A stretch of DNA of 64,000 nucleotides from Planctomycetota bacterium. GTDB taxonomy: Bacteria > Planctomycetota > UBA1135 > UBA2386. Positions 19,172-29,411 of the stretch are shown here, in pieces. The stretch lies in the NCBI GenBank assembly GCA_947501605.1, contig CANMWZ010000001.1, positions 64,001 through 128,000 of the forward strand, given 5' to 3'. Position 1 is the first letter of the stretch, and the number at the start of each line of letters is the position of its first letter. A model generated the notes under the pieces. It saw only the letters and a list, made by a program, of their open reading frames with translations, searched no databases and was not told where the DNA came from. Position numbers and translations under genes: made by a program.

Positions 19172-20184
19172 ACCTGCCCACTCGCCTCGCCCTCGCCGCC
19201 GCCATCGTCGGCACGTTTGCGGCCGGCATCGCGTTCCTCTCCGGCTGCAACGTCCCGGCTCGAGCGGAATCGTCCCAGCGTTGGGAATCGGCGCGTCAGT
19301 GCCAGAGTTGTCATCCAGAAGCGTTCGCCGAGTGGCAGACATCGCACCACGGCATCGCCTTCACCAATCCCGAAGTGCGCGCCCTCAGCGACGACTTCCG
19401 ACGCGAAGAGTGCATGGACTGCCACCTGCCGCGACCGCTCGCGGTCACCGGCTTCGGCAAGCGCACGTTGCCGCGACGCACCCACTTCGATGAGGGCGTG
19501 AGCTGCATCAGTTGCCACCTTGGCGAGGACGGCGGCATCGTCGCTCGCAACAACCGCCCCGAGGTGCCGTGCAAGCCCAAACGCAGCGAGGCCTTCTTGT
19601 CGGTCGACGCGTGCATGAGTTGCCACAACCAGCACCAGACCACGGACCAGTGGCGCGCGAGCCACTACGCGGCCCAGGGCATCCACTGCACCAACTGCCA
19701 CATGCCCGAGGCAGATCGCAAGCGGCCGGACGGCACGATCCGCAAGGGCCGAAGCCACATCTATCCCGGCGCCCACGACAAGAGCATGTTGGCGAAGGCC
19801 GCTACGTTCACTGCCGAACGACAGGGCAACGAGTTGGTGCTGGCACTCGAAAACACCGGCGCCGGCCACAACTTCCCCACCGAGGAACGCCATCGCGCGG
19901 TCGACCTGGAGTACCAGTTCGAAGACACGACCGGTCCGATCGCTGGCCTTGGCACTGGCGGCGCCCCCGAGTGGAGCCGAGCGTGGCGGTTCCGTCAGCC
20001 CTACCGCGACGAACCCGGCGAGAACACGCAGTTGCCGGCTGGCAAGAAGCATGAAGTTCGCGTTGCGGCACCGGCCGGCGCCACGGCCGTCACGGTGCGG
20101 ATGTGGTATCGACTGACACCGATGTGCAACGATCTGGACCCCCGCAGCACGTTGCTCGAAGAACGCAAGTTGGAGTGGCAATGA
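19168..20184 (+). CDS. Pentaheme c-type cytochrome (c554-like N-terminus)
   Basis: CQSCH, CMDCH, CISCH, CMSCH, CTNCH; lipobox-like LSGC; C-terminal beta domain with NTGAGHNFP. Confidence 0.9.
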   Translation: MNLPTRLALAAAIVGTFAAGIAFLSGCNVPARAESSQRWESARQCQSCHPEAFAEWQTSHHGIAFTNPEVRALSDDFRREECMDCHLPRPLAVTGFGKRTLPRRTHFDEGVSCISCHLGEDGGIVARNNRPEVPCKPKRSEAFLSVDACMSCHNQHQTTDQWRASHYAAQGIHCTNCHMPEADRKRPDGTIRKGRSHIYPGAHDKSMLAKAATFTAERQGNELVLALENTGAGHNFPTEERHRAVDLEYQFEDTTGPIAGLGTGGAPEWSRAWRFRQPYRDEPGENTQLPAGKKHEVRVAAPAGATAVTVRMWYRLTPMCNDLDPRSTLLEERKLEWQ

Positions 20185-21431
20185 GAACCTTGACGACGCT
20201 CTCCGTCCTCGTGGCGATTCTCGCCGCGTGCGGCGGCGAGCCGCAGAGCACCCACCCGAAGATGCCAGCGCTGCCACCGCTGCAACTGCTGCCGCGCATC
20301 GAGGAGTTGAAGCAGCTCGGCAGCCGGCCGGTAGTCAGCTTGTCCGACGTGCAACAGCGGGAGCTTCAGGAGTACGCCGACGTGGTGCTCGGTCTCACCG
20401 AGGCCGACGAACGCATCCAGAAGCGAGCCGAACGCAATCTGCTCGAAAGCGAACACGCGGGTGCCGTTCTCATTCCTGCGCTCAAGCACAAGGACGCCGC
20501 GGTGCGCTCGCGCGCGGCGTGGCTGCTCGGCCGCACGAGTCGATCGATTCTCCAGTTCCCCTTGTTGCTGCGCCTCAAGGACGAAACCGAGCCTGCGGTC
20601 ACGGTGTGGATCGCCGAGGCGCTGCATCGCCTCGGCAATGATGCTGGCCTTGTGTGGATCGACGCGGCGATCAACCACGAAGCCACCGCTCAAGAAGCGG
20701 GCACGGCAGCACTCAACCTGCTGCGAGAGGACGGCGCGACCTTGGCGGAGCAGCCGACGTGGCTGGAACTGCAGCAAGAGCTGCAACAGCGCACGAAGAC
20801 ATGGCGGCGCACCGGCATCGGCTCGCGCGACGGGGTCACCCCCCCGGACGCGGCGGAGGTTCTGGCCATCCTGTGCAAACACCTGTCGATCACCGAGAGC
20901 TTCTTGTTGCGGCCGATCGACGAAGCGAAGTTCGTCATCATCCGCAGCGGTGTGCTGGCGCTGCCGACGGTCGAGATCGCCATCACCGCTGCCGAACCCT
21001 ACCTGCGCTCCGTGGCGCTGCAGATCCTCGCCGAACTCGGACGCACGGCGAACCCGCTGTGCACCAAAACGCTGCCACTGCTCGAGGATCCGCTGACCGC
21101 GGCCTACGCCATGCGCGCGCTCGGCGAACTGGGTTGCAGTGACGCGACGGCGCACTTGGTGGCGCGCCTCTCGAGCCCGGACATCGAACTGCGCGCGAGC
21201 GCCGCCGGTGCGCTCGGCCTCTTTGGCGCCACCGAGCATGCGCCGGCACTGGCAGCCCTGATGGCCGACGCGAACGAGGCGATGGACGTCCGCGTGCAGT
21301 CGGCTTTCGCGTTGCGTTGCATCGGCGACAACAGCGCCGCAGTGGCGTTCCTCGCCGAGCGCAAACAGAAGGGCGACTACCACGCGCCGACACTGCAGAT
21401 CCTCGAAGACCGACTCACGCAGAATCGCTGA
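20181..21431 (+). CDS. HEAT/PBS-lyase repeat lipoprotein
   Basis: Lipobox LAAC; repeats VRSRAAWLLG, LRASAAGALG, VRVQSAFAL. Confidence 0.85.
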   Translation: MRTLTTLSVLVAILAACGGEPQSTHPKMPALPPLQLLPRIEELKQLGSRPVVSLSDVQQRELQEYADVVLGLTEADERIQKRAERNLLESEHAGAVLIPALKHKDAAVRSRAAWLLGRTSRSILQFPLLLRLKDETEPAVTVWIAEALHRLGNDAGLVWIDAAINHEATAQEAGTAALNLLREDGATLAEQPTWLELQQELQQRTKTWRRTGIGSRDGVTPPDAAEVLAILCKHLSITESFLLRPIDEAKFVIIRSGVLALPTVEIAITAAEPYLRSVALQILAELGRTANPLCTKTLPLLEDPLTAAYAMRALGELGCSDATAHLVARLSSPDIELRASAAGALGLFGATEHAPALAALMADANEAMDVRVQSAFALRCIGDNSAAVAFLAERKQKGDYHAPTLQILEDRLTQNR

Positions 21432-21458
21432 ACCGCGCCAAGACTGGGCGCACGGCCG

Positions 21459-22772
21459 CTACTTCGCGGTCGGGGTCGCGGCAGCAGCGGCGTTTGGCAC
21501 GCGACCGGGGACGGCAGCCTGCGGCATGCCGTAGCCCGGCGGTCGCGCCAACAGCACGACTTGGCCGTCGAAGCCGCTGCAGACCAGTTCGTCCGTCGTG
21601 TTGCGACCGTCGAGCTCCCCGACTGCGAGCCAGTGCCCCTGCTGCAGACTCTGCCAGAGCACCTCGGCCTGCCAACCACCGGCGGGACCTCGCGTGATCA
21701 GATGCACCGCCCGGCCGTAGCCGTAGACGGCGACCGCCTCGCGACCATCCTCATGGAAGCGACCGGCAGCGACACCGCGCAGGCCCTGTTCGCCAGCGAA
21801 GACCACCTCGCGGGCGACGCGCCCGTCGGCGCCCTTCTGGTAGCGCAGCAGTACGCCATCGTCACGCGTGGCATAGAGGACCGTGGCCTCCCCGTCGCGC
21901 GCGGGTCGCACGGCAAGTCGCCCCAGACCGCTGGTCTCGTGCGCGAGAACTTCGCTGCGCAGGACCCCGTTGTCCACCGACAGCGACAGGAGATCGCCAC
22001 TGCGTGACACTGCCAGGATCGCCGCCTCACCGGTGCGTGGATCGCGAAGCACCACGGTGTCGCGCACACGACCCACTACCTCCCCCAGCTTCTGCATGCG
22101 GAAGGCCCCAGCCTTGTCGGCGGCCGTCAACTGATAGACGGCGCCAGTGATGCCAAAGGCGAGCAGCTCACAACCCGCACGCTTGCTGTCGACGTCGGCG
22201 GCCAGGACGGCATGAAACTCCTCACCTGGAGCGTGACCGATCTCGACGCTCTGCAATTCGAACTTGCCGAACGGCAACGGCTGCAGCGTCAACTGGTGCA
22301 CGTTGCCACTCTTGCCGGCGGCGTAGAGCTCTTCACCGGGGATCCGTGGGTCGACGTCCGCCGGCGTGGTCGGCGCCAGCCACTGGCCATCGGGCGCGGT
22401 CCAACTCTCGCTCCACTTGCCGCTATAGACCGTCAACACCAACACGCGGCCCTTGTCGTCGGTCGCGATGACCTCGTTGTGACCGTAGACCGCGATGACC
22501 TTGGCCACCTGCAGGTACCACACGCCTGCGTCGCCGTTGTAGATCAACGTGCCACGCCAGTCGGGTGCAGTCGGGACTGGCACTTCGCCTTCGCTCGGAT
22601 GTTGCGGGAACGGCGCCTGTAGCACACCACTGGAGCTGGATTGGCCCGCATCGACAGCGGTCGTCGCCGCACTCTGGCTCGCAGTTGGCACCGCCGCAGT
22701 CGGTCGCGGTGCAGTGCACGAAGACGCGATCAGGGCGAAGGCGAAGATGCGGATCTGCGGGCGGATCGTCAT
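21459..22772 (-). CDS. Secreted beta-propeller/FG-GAP-like protein
   Basis: Signal with ASSC; repeated ADVD..PGEEL, ADVD….CEL, GELDG…DEL motifs. Confidence 0.65.
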   Translation of the reverse strand: MTIRPQIRIFAFALIASSCTAPRPTAAVPTASQSAATTAVDAGQSSSSGVLQAPFPQHPSEGEVPVPTAPDWRGTLIYNGDAGVWYLQVAKVIAVYGHNEVIATDDKGRVLVLTVYSGKWSESWTAPDGQWLAPTTPADVDPRIPGEELYAAGKSGNVHQLTLQPLPFGKFELQSVEIGHAPGEEFHAVLAADVDSKRAGCELLAFGITGAVYQLTAADKAGAFRMQKLGEVVGRVRDTVVLRDPRTGEAAILAVSRSGDLLSLSVDNGVLRSEVLAHETSGLGRLAVRPARDGEATVLYATRDDGVLLRYQKGADGRVAREVVFAGEQGLRGVAAGRFHEDGREAVAVYGYGRAVHLITRGPAGGWQAEVLWQSLQQGHWLAVGELDGRNTTDELVCSGFDGQVVLLARPPGYGMPQAAVPGRVPNAAAAATPTAK

Positions 22773-22925
22773 CGAATGCAAACGGACAGGGGCATGCGGC
22801 GCGGATGCGCGGTCGCGCACTCTAGCGAACACCGACAGGCGCCGCTCACCGCAGCAAGAGCCAAGTGGCCCACGGCATCGAGCCAGATGCGGCAAACGGC
22901 AACCTGCGCTGCGTTGGCCTACGGA

Positions 22926-24080
22926 TCAGCGGAATCCGTCGCCCGCAAGCACCGGCTCGCGCCGCGCGCCGACGTTCAAGCACAGCGACACGGCAAGCAG
23001 AGTCGCCAGTGCCGAACTGCCGCCGTAGCTCAGCAGCGGCATCGGCAGCCCCGTCGACGGCACGAGCCAGCCGCAGACGGCGACGTGGATCAGCGACTGA
23101 CTACCAATCCAGGCGGCGACGCCGACACACAGCAATCGGCCGAAGCGCTCGCGAGTGCGTTGCGCGATACGCAGCAAGCCGATCACCAGCGTGGCGTAGA
23201 GGCCCAGTACTCCCATGCTGCCAAACCACCCGATCTCCTCGCCGACTACCGCGAAGATGTAGTCTTCGCTGCGGTACGGCAAGAAGTCGTAGCGGTTCTG
23301 CGGCCCGTGCCCGAGACCGAAGCCAGTCATGCCGCCGCTGCCCATTGCGATCAATCCTTGCCACGGTTGGTACGCAGCCTCGCGCAGCAGGTCGCGCACG
23401 TCGCGCGAGTTCTCGTCCCAGTTCCAGTGCTGGGCCCATACGTCGACGCGCTGCTTTTGGTAGCCGTGCATCACCGAGAAGTAGGCGGCGATGAAGGCAA
23501 AGAAGCCGATCGAACACAGCACCGCCACGTGGCGGCCACGCGCACCGGCGGCGTAGCTCATCGCCAAGGTGATGGGAACGTAGACCAGGGTGCTGCCGAG
23601 ATCGGGTTGTACGAGCACGAGGCAGGCTGGGATGCCAGCGACGATGCCGGGCAGCAACAGGCTCGTGCTGAGCGATGCCCGCCGCTCAAAGCGCAGCAAC
23701 GCGGCGAGACCGATGACGGCGCCGAGCTTGGCAAACTCGCTGGGTTGGATCAGCAAACCCGGCAGTGAGTACCACCGCCGCGAGCCATTGATGACCGAAC
23801 CGAACAACGGCAGCCCGAGCAACGACAAAACCGCGCCGCCGTAGGCCAGCCACGCCAGCCGCATCGCGTGCACGTAGTGCGGCAGCAGACACAGCAGGCC
23901 GAAGCCAAGTCCGACGACCAGGAACAACGCTTGCTTGCCGAACTGCGGTGCGAAGCGAGGATCGTCCTGCGTGGTGGAACGCAGGAACGCGAGGCTGACG
24001 ACACAAATGGCGCAGGTGACGAGCCAGAGCCACCAGTCGACGTTTCGCAGCACTGCGAGCGGGTTCTTGTGCAGCCTCAT
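22926..24080 (-). CDS. rodA: SEDS peptidoglycan glycosyltransferase RodA
   Basis: NGSRRW, QPSEFAK, QPDLG, DYIFAVVGEEIG, TGLPMPLLSYGGS; follows pbp2. Confidence 0.95.
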   Translation of the reverse strand: MRLHKNPLAVLRNVDWWLWLVTCAICVVSLAFLRSTTQDDPRFAPQFGKQALFLVVGLGFGLLCLLPHYVHAMRLAWLAYGGAVLSLLGLPLFGSVINGSRRWYSLPGLLIQPSEFAKLGAVIGLAALLRFERRASLSTSLLLPGIVAGIPACLVLVQPDLGSTLVYVPITLAMSYAAGARGRHVAVLCSIGFFAFIAAYFSVMHGYQKQRVDVWAQHWNWDENSRDVRDLLREAAYQPWQGLIAMGSGGMTGFGLGHGPQNRYDFLPYRSEDYIFAVVGEEIGWFGSMGVLGLYATLVIGLLRIAQRTRERFGRLLCVGVAAWIGSQSLIHVAVCGWLVPSTGLPMPLLSYGGSSALATLLAVSLCLNVGARREPVLAGDGFR

Positions 24081-26500
24081 CGCCGTTCCTCGCCAGGCGT
24101 CGAGCTTCCTGGCAGGTAGCTGGTGTGGAGTCGCGCATTCGCGGCCATCGCCGCCAGCACATCGGCGCACAGCAAACCCGCCGCATCCGCGCCATGCACT
24201 CGATCGGGAACGGCGTAGACGACGGCGCAGAACGCAAGCTGCACCCCGCTAGCCGACGTTCCCGGCAGGTAGCCCGCGAACCACGCATTGTTGGCGTCCT
24301 TGCCATCGAGGACGATCTCGGCAGTCCCCGTCTTGCCGCGCACGGCGAACGGCAGCAGCCCTTCGATCTTGTCCGCGGTGCCCGACTCGACGCATTGGCG
24401 CAGCCCTGCGCGCACGATCGCGAGTTCGTCCTCGCTGGCAAAAAGCGCGTAGCCAGGGCGCCGCTCCCCAGCCCGCAGCCCAAGGGTCGGCAACACCCCC
24501 GTCGCCAGCGCGGCGTAGCACCGCACCACGGACAGCGGGTTGGCCGCGAGGCTGTAGCCGATGCCGCGCATCTGGATCCACTGGTGCTCCTCCGCCCAAC
24601 GCGGCGCGGGCGCGATCGAGAGCGGCAGTTCTGCGACGCGCGGCTGGAAGCGACCGTCGCCACCACCAATGCCGGCAGGCAGCATGCCGAAGCGCCACAG
24701 CGCACGTCGAAGTCCAGGTTCGCCGAGGGCTTCGGCGACTTGGAAGAAGAAGGTGTTGCACGACTCGGCCAGCGCATCGACGGGGTCCGTGCCCTTGGCC
24801 CAGTGGGCGTGATCGCAACGGTAGATGCGTCCGTCCTTGCCGCGGTACTTCTGGCCGCAGGGTTCGAGCGCAGCGAGATCGGCGTGCGGCAGCCCCTGCC
24901 GGGTGGAGACCAGCTGTTCCAACAGGAACAGTGGCTTCACGATCGATCCCAGCGCCCCGTTGCCCCGCCAACTCAACACCGGCGGAACGATCGGGGTGTC
25001 GCCCACTTTGTGCGGTGCGCCTGCGAGTGCCAATACGTCGCCGCTGTTGGCGTCGGCCAGCACCATGGCGACATCGATGCGCTCTGGGTTGGTGCCGCGT
25101 TCTTGCGCAACCTGCCGCCAATGCACGACGGCGCGCTCGATCTCGGTGTCGAGCAAGCGCTGGAGGTCAAGGTCGATCGACAGCGTGACCGGCGAGCCCG
25201 GCAGCACGCGAAGGCTCGACCACAACATCTGCTCGCGTGCAGCAGCATCGTGCTCGACGAGTCGAAGGCCCGGAGTACCACGCAGGGCATCGTCCAGCAT
25301 GGCTTCGATGCCACTCGTCCCGCGACGCTCGCGCGTGCGCAAGACCTGCGTGTAGCTGCGGGTCGCTTCCTGCTCGAGCGACTTCTGGTATCCGGGGAGC
25401 GGCGTCAGATCCTCGGGGACGAGCGCATCGAGACCGTCCTCGAGGGCGTCATCGACGCGGGCTTCGAGATACCCACTGGGGCCAGGACTCTGGTCCAGCG
25501 CTTTCACGGACCCGAGGATCTGCTGCAAGGTCGGCGGCAGCTCGTTTGGGTGCACGCGCCGCAGCGCCGGCTCCAGCAGGAGACCCGGCTGGTCGGTAGC
25601 CGCCACACGGACAGCCGCCGCCAGTTCGAACGGCAACTCGCGCGCAATTGGCCGCGCCATGCGCTCGAGTAGCTCGCCCATGCGGTCCGTCCCGTCGGGA
25701 AGCTTCCGCTGCGTGCGGCGTTGGTCCAGGCAATCGACGCGGAACTGGTCGAGGCGCTGCAACAGTCCGCTGCGAGTGCTGCGAGCGCTGCCATCGCTGT
25801 CACCAAGTTCCTCTTCGTCCAGGTCACGGATCGATGACGGCTCGCCGCGGCGCGTCGCGTCAGCGCGCTGTAGTTCGCGATCGAGCGCCACGAGGCGTCC
25901 TTGCACGGAAGTGAAGCGACGCATCATTGCTTCGAGATCGTGCCCTGGGAGCGCATTGCCAAGCGCGCAATCAGGATCGACCCTGGCCGTGACCAACAAG
26001 GCCTTCCTGACCTCGTTGCGATTCTGTTCGGTGACTGCGCACACGAGCGTCATGGCCGTGGACTGCAGCGCGCGCCGCTCGTCCTTGGGAAGGTCGCCGT
26101 GCAGCAAGACACCGACTGGTACCGACAACAACAGACGAGCCGCAGCCGCCGGACCCAGCGCACTGCCAAAGTAGCTGAAGCGCACTTCACCGCCGGACAA
26201 CCGCGTGGCCAAGGTCGCACCGTGCACCGCGGCGCCGACAGGGTGGCGCAGGCGAAACCGCTCATAGACGCACTCGAGCTCGAAGGTCGGTTCATCACTG
26301 GCGAGCACCGTGCCGTTGCGGTCATGGAGCGAACCGCGCACCGACGGGATGTCCTTGAACGCCCAGCGATTGCGATAGCTGCGAACCAGCCAGTCTTCGT
26401 GCTGATGGCCCATCACGACGAAGAGGTGCGCGCCAACGACCATCAACGCCAGCAAGTAGACCGCGCCGATGCGGACGAGCCGCGACCCACTCGTGCTCAC
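24077..26500 (-). CDS. mrdA: Class B penicillin-binding protein PBP2
   Basis: N-terminal TM, RGSLHDRNG, catalytic SIVK / SCN / KTG motifs; lies in the mre operon. Confidence 0.9.
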   Translation of the reverse strand: MSTSGSRLVRIGAVYLLALMVVGAHLFVVMGHQHEDWLVRSYRNRWAFKDIPSVRGSLHDRNGTVLASDEPTFELECVYERFRLRHPVGAAVHGATLATRLSGGEVRFSYFGSALGPAAAARLLLSVPVGVLLHGDLPKDERRALQSTAMTLVCAVTEQNRNEVRKALLVTARVDPDCALGNALPGHDLEAMMRRFTSVQGRLVALDRELQRADATRRGEPSSIRDLDEEELGDSDGSARSTRSGLLQRLDQFRVDCLDQRRTQRKLPDGTDRMGELLERMARPIARELPFELAAAVRVAATDQPGLLLEPALRRVHPNELPPTLQQILGSVKALDQSPGPSGYLEARVDDALEDGLDALVPEDLTPLPGYQKSLEQEATRSYTQVLRTRERRGTSGIEAMLDDALRGTPGLRLVEHDAAAREQMLWSSLRVLPGSPVTLSIDLDLQRLLDTEIERAVVHWRQVAQERGTNPERIDVAMVLADANSGDVLALAGAPHKVGDTPIVPPVLSWRGNGALGSIVKPLFLLEQLVSTRQGLPHADLAALEPCGQKYRGKDGRIYRCDHAHWAKGTDPVDALAESCNTFFFQVAEALGEPGLRRALWRFGMLPAGIGGGDGRFQPRVAELPLSIAPAPRWAEEHQWIQMRGIGYSLAANPLSVVRCYAALATGVLPTLGLRAGERRPGYALFASEDELAIVRAGLRQCVESGTADKIEGLLPFAVRGKTGTAEIVLDGKDANNAWFAGYLPGTSASGVQLAFCAVVYAVPDRVHGADAAGLLCADVLAAMAANARLHTSYLPGSSTPGEERR

Positions 26501-26976
26501 GGCAGCTTCTCCGTCAGGGCGCGCAGTGGCGGCAAGCGCCGCAACGGCCACAACAGCACCGGACCGGCGATCGCCGTGAACAACACGTTGGCAAAGTCGA
26601 GTTGCGCAGACGCCGACGGTTGGTCGAACCACAGGCCACCGAGGCCCGCGAGCTTTGGCACGGCGATCGAGCACATGGCTGCGGCCATCGCTTGCCACCA
26701 CCAGTGGTGACGATCGAACAAGGGCCGCATCGGCAGCAGCAGCGCGATGGGCACGCCGATCACGAGGATCTGCACCGGGATCGAAGCTTCATCGACCATG
26801 GCGCGTCCGACCGCGGCACCGAGCAGCAGTCCGGGCAACAGGCGCACGTCGGCAAACAGCGCGCAGAACATGCACACCAGCGCGCCGCAGTCGAGCAACG
26901 GCACGCCGAACGAGGCCGCGAGACCGGCGAGCAAGAAGGCCTGCGGCGCGAGCACGAACCACACGAGCCAGCGCAT
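26497..26976 (-). CDS. mreD: MreD-like membrane protein
   Basis: About 160 aa, about 5 TMs, syntenic between mreC and pbp2; called mostly by position. Confidence 0.65.
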   Translation of the reverse strand: MRWLVWFVLAPQAFLLAGLAASFGVPLLDCGALVCMFCALFADVRLLPGLLLGAAVGRAMVDEASIPVQILVIGVPIALLLPMRPLFDRHHWWWQAMAAAMCSIAVPKLAGLGGLWFDQPSASAQLDFANVLFTAIAGPVLLWPLRRLPPLRALTEKLP

Positions 26977-28310
26977 CAGCGGCCCTCCGTCGACATGCGC
27001 GTGCTGAGCACTTCGACGCGCTGGTTGCCATGCAACGCCGGCACCGTGATGCGCCACGTCTTGCGCGCAAGATCTGGTTCGGCCCGTCCCAGCAACAGAC
27101 CCGGTGGGCAGTCGGCGCCATTGCTGCCGGTGAAGACGAAGCCGCCGCCGCCGCCTTGGAAGCCGCCGCGTTCACGGAACCACGCAGTCGCACCGCTGGC
27201 GTAGACCACCTCGCCGTAGATCCCCAGTGGCGCGAGCTCCGGATCGTCGGGCAGAAGCCACAGCGACCACGCGTGTCGCGACGAAGCGAACGGCGTGCAC
27301 AGGCCCTGTCCGAACGCAACGCTGCGCAACGTGCCAAGGCACACCCCATCCTGCACCACCGCGGCGCCATCGGGCAATGACCGCGAGCCCTGCACGAGCC
27401 AACGGCCGCCGCCCTGGTCAGGCAATGGCCCGGCGCGGGCAGGCAGGCGCTCTGGCTGCAATCGCGTCGGGACACTGCCGGGCACCGATTGCCACAAGAC
27501 GACCTGCGGCAGCGCCCGCGGGTCGTGAACCAGTTCGACGAACAGTCCGATGGTCAGCGTCTCGCCGCCGGTCTCGTAGCCCCACACGCGCGAAGTGCCC
27601 AGCAGGAGCCCAGACGGCATGGCGCCGATCCATGGCGCATCGAGCGCGAGAGTTCGCAGCGGCACGCCACCCTCGGCAAACGCCGCCGCGCGATACGGGT
27701 CGTCGTGCAAGGTCGTGCGCAGCGGCGCCGGGTCCACGATCGACGCTGGGCCGACGACGCATCGCAACGTGCTGCCAGCGGCCAACGGCAGGGACGCCGC
27801 CACCTGGCGGCCGTCTGGGTGGTTCAACAGCAGGACGCGCGCCGGATCGGTCGCGAGGTCGGCAGCGGCGGGTCCGATCCCCGGTTGGGCCAAGAACCCG
27901 AGCAGCACGTCACCGCAGGTGACGAGATCCGCGCAGCCTGCGAGGTCTTGGTAGGTGCGATCCAAGAGCAGTTCGCACGGAACACCGCCGCCGCCGCGGC
28001 GGCTGGCGGTGAGCACCGCGCACGCCATCGGCTCGAGCGCCGCGGGCATCAGCGGTCGCACCCGTTCGACGTCGTTTTGGGTGCTGCGCCGCCGCAGCTC
28101 CGACTCCAACTGTGCGAGTCGTGCGAGGTGCTCGCGGGGCAGTGCATAGGCCGGAGCGCCACCGAGCACCGACAGCGCTCGCTGCGGCAAGCACGCAACG
28201 CCGAGCAGGAACCGCTCCACCGGTCGCAGCACTTCGGGCAGGAGCAGCCAGCACAACGCCAGCAGCAGCGTTGCATACAGCCCCACCGGGAATGCATTGC
28301 GCGTCGTCAT
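26976..28310 (-). CDS. mreC: Divergent MreC-like protein with apparently two MreC barrel units
   Basis: TM, coiled coil, two MreC-like segments each ending PxGLLLG; follows mreB. Confidence 0.65.
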   Translation of the reverse strand: MTTRNAFPVGLYATLLLALCWLLLPEVLRPVERFLLGVACLPQRALSVLGGAPAYALPREHLARLAQLESELRRRSTQNDVERVRPLMPAALEPMACAVLTASRRGGGGVPCELLLDRTYQDLAGCADLVTCGDVLLGFLAQPGIGPAAADLATDPARVLLLNHPDGRQVAASLPLAAGSTLRCVVGPASIVDPAPLRTTLHDDPYRAAAFAEGGVPLRTLALDAPWIGAMPSGLLLGTSRVWGYETGGETLTIGLFVELVHDPRALPQVVLWQSVPGSVPTRLQPERLPARAGPLPDQGGGRWLVQGSRSLPDGAAVVQDGVCLGTLRSVAFGQGLCTPFASSRHAWSLWLLPDDPELAPLGIYGEVVYASGATAWFRERGGFQGGGGGFVFTGSNGADCPPGLLLGRAEPDLARKTWRITVPALHGNQRVEVLSTRMSTEGR

Positions 28311-28352
28311 CAACTGCTACCCGACGACGGCCGCCGCGAACCGCGACCGCCG

Positions 28353-29411
28353 TCAGCCGAGGTCTTCACCACCCTCGAGGAACTGCGAGTAGAGCTCGAG
28401 ATTCTCGAGGAAGATGCCGGTGCCGCGCGCGACGCATTCAAGCGGGCGCTCGGCGACGCGGACGTCGAGACCCGATTCGCGCATGATCATCTCGGGCAAG
28501 CCGCGCAGCAGCGCGCCGCCGCCGCAGAGCACGACACCGCTGTCGACCAAGTCGGACGACAGTTCGGGCGGCGTGCGCTCGAGCACTGACTTGATCGCAC
28601 CGATGACCTTGCGGACCGGATCCATCAGGGCTTCGCGCACGTCGATCGACGTGATCACGGCGCGGCGCGGCAACCCGGTCAGCGAATCGCGCCCGCGAAT
28701 CTCGACTTGGATCTCCTCGTCGAGCGGCACGCAACTGCCGGCCGCGATCTTCAGTCGCTCCGCTGTGATCTCGCCGATCAGCAGGTTGAACTTGCTGCGG
28801 ATGTACTGGGCGATGGCGTCGCTGAAGTCATCGCCGGCGACGCGCAAGCACTCGGCCGTCACGACATTGGCCAGGGAGATGACCGCCACTTCGCTGGTGC
28901 CGCCGCCGATGTCGACGACCATGGTGCCACGTGGCTCGTGTACCGGCAGGCCAGCGCCGATCGCCGCGGCCGTGGGTTCGTCGACGAGGAACACGCGGCG
29001 GGCGCCGGCGCGCTCGGCAGAGCCGATGACGGCGCGCTTCTCCACCATCGTGATGCCCCAGGGCACGGCGATGACGACGCGCGGTGCGATCAGACGCTTG
29101 CCGCCCGCAGCCTTGCGGATGAAGTAGCGCAGCATCTTCTCAGTGATCTCGAAGTCGGCGATGACGCCGCTCTTCATCGGCCGAATCGCCTGGAAGCCCG
29201 GCGGCGTGCGGCCAAGGTACTCGATCGCGGCATCACCGACGGCCATGCCATCGAGCAGCACTTCGTTCGATCCCTTGCGCACAGCGACGACCGAGGGCTC
29301 GTCGAGGACGATGCCGCGATCGCGGACGCTGACCAGGGTATTGGCGGTGCCGAGATCGATACCGAGATCGACCGAGAACCGGCTCGCAAGCCACTCGAAC
29401 GCTTTGACCAT
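28353..29411 (-). CDS. mreB: Actin-like rod-shape protein MreB
   Basis: DLGIDLGTANT, IRPMKSGVIADF, VDIGGGT, LERTPPELSSD, LCGGGALL. Confidence 0.97.
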   Translation of the reverse strand: MVKAFEWLASRFSVDLGIDLGTANTLVSVRDRGIVLDEPSVVAVRKGSNEVLLDGMAVGDAAIEYLGRTPPGFQAIRPMKSGVIADFEITEKMLRYFIRKAAGGKRLIAPRVVIAVPWGITMVEKRAVIGSAERAGARRVFLVDEPTAAAIGAGLPVHEPRGTMVVDIGGGTSEVAVISLANVVTAECLRVAGDDFSDAIAQYIRSKFNLLIGEITAERLKIAAGSCVPLDEEIQVEIRGRDSLTGLPRRAVITSIDVREALMDPVRKVIGAIKSVLERTPPELSSDLVDSGVVLCGGGALLRGLPEMIMRESGLDVRVAERPLECVARGTGIFLENLELYSQFLEGGEDLG

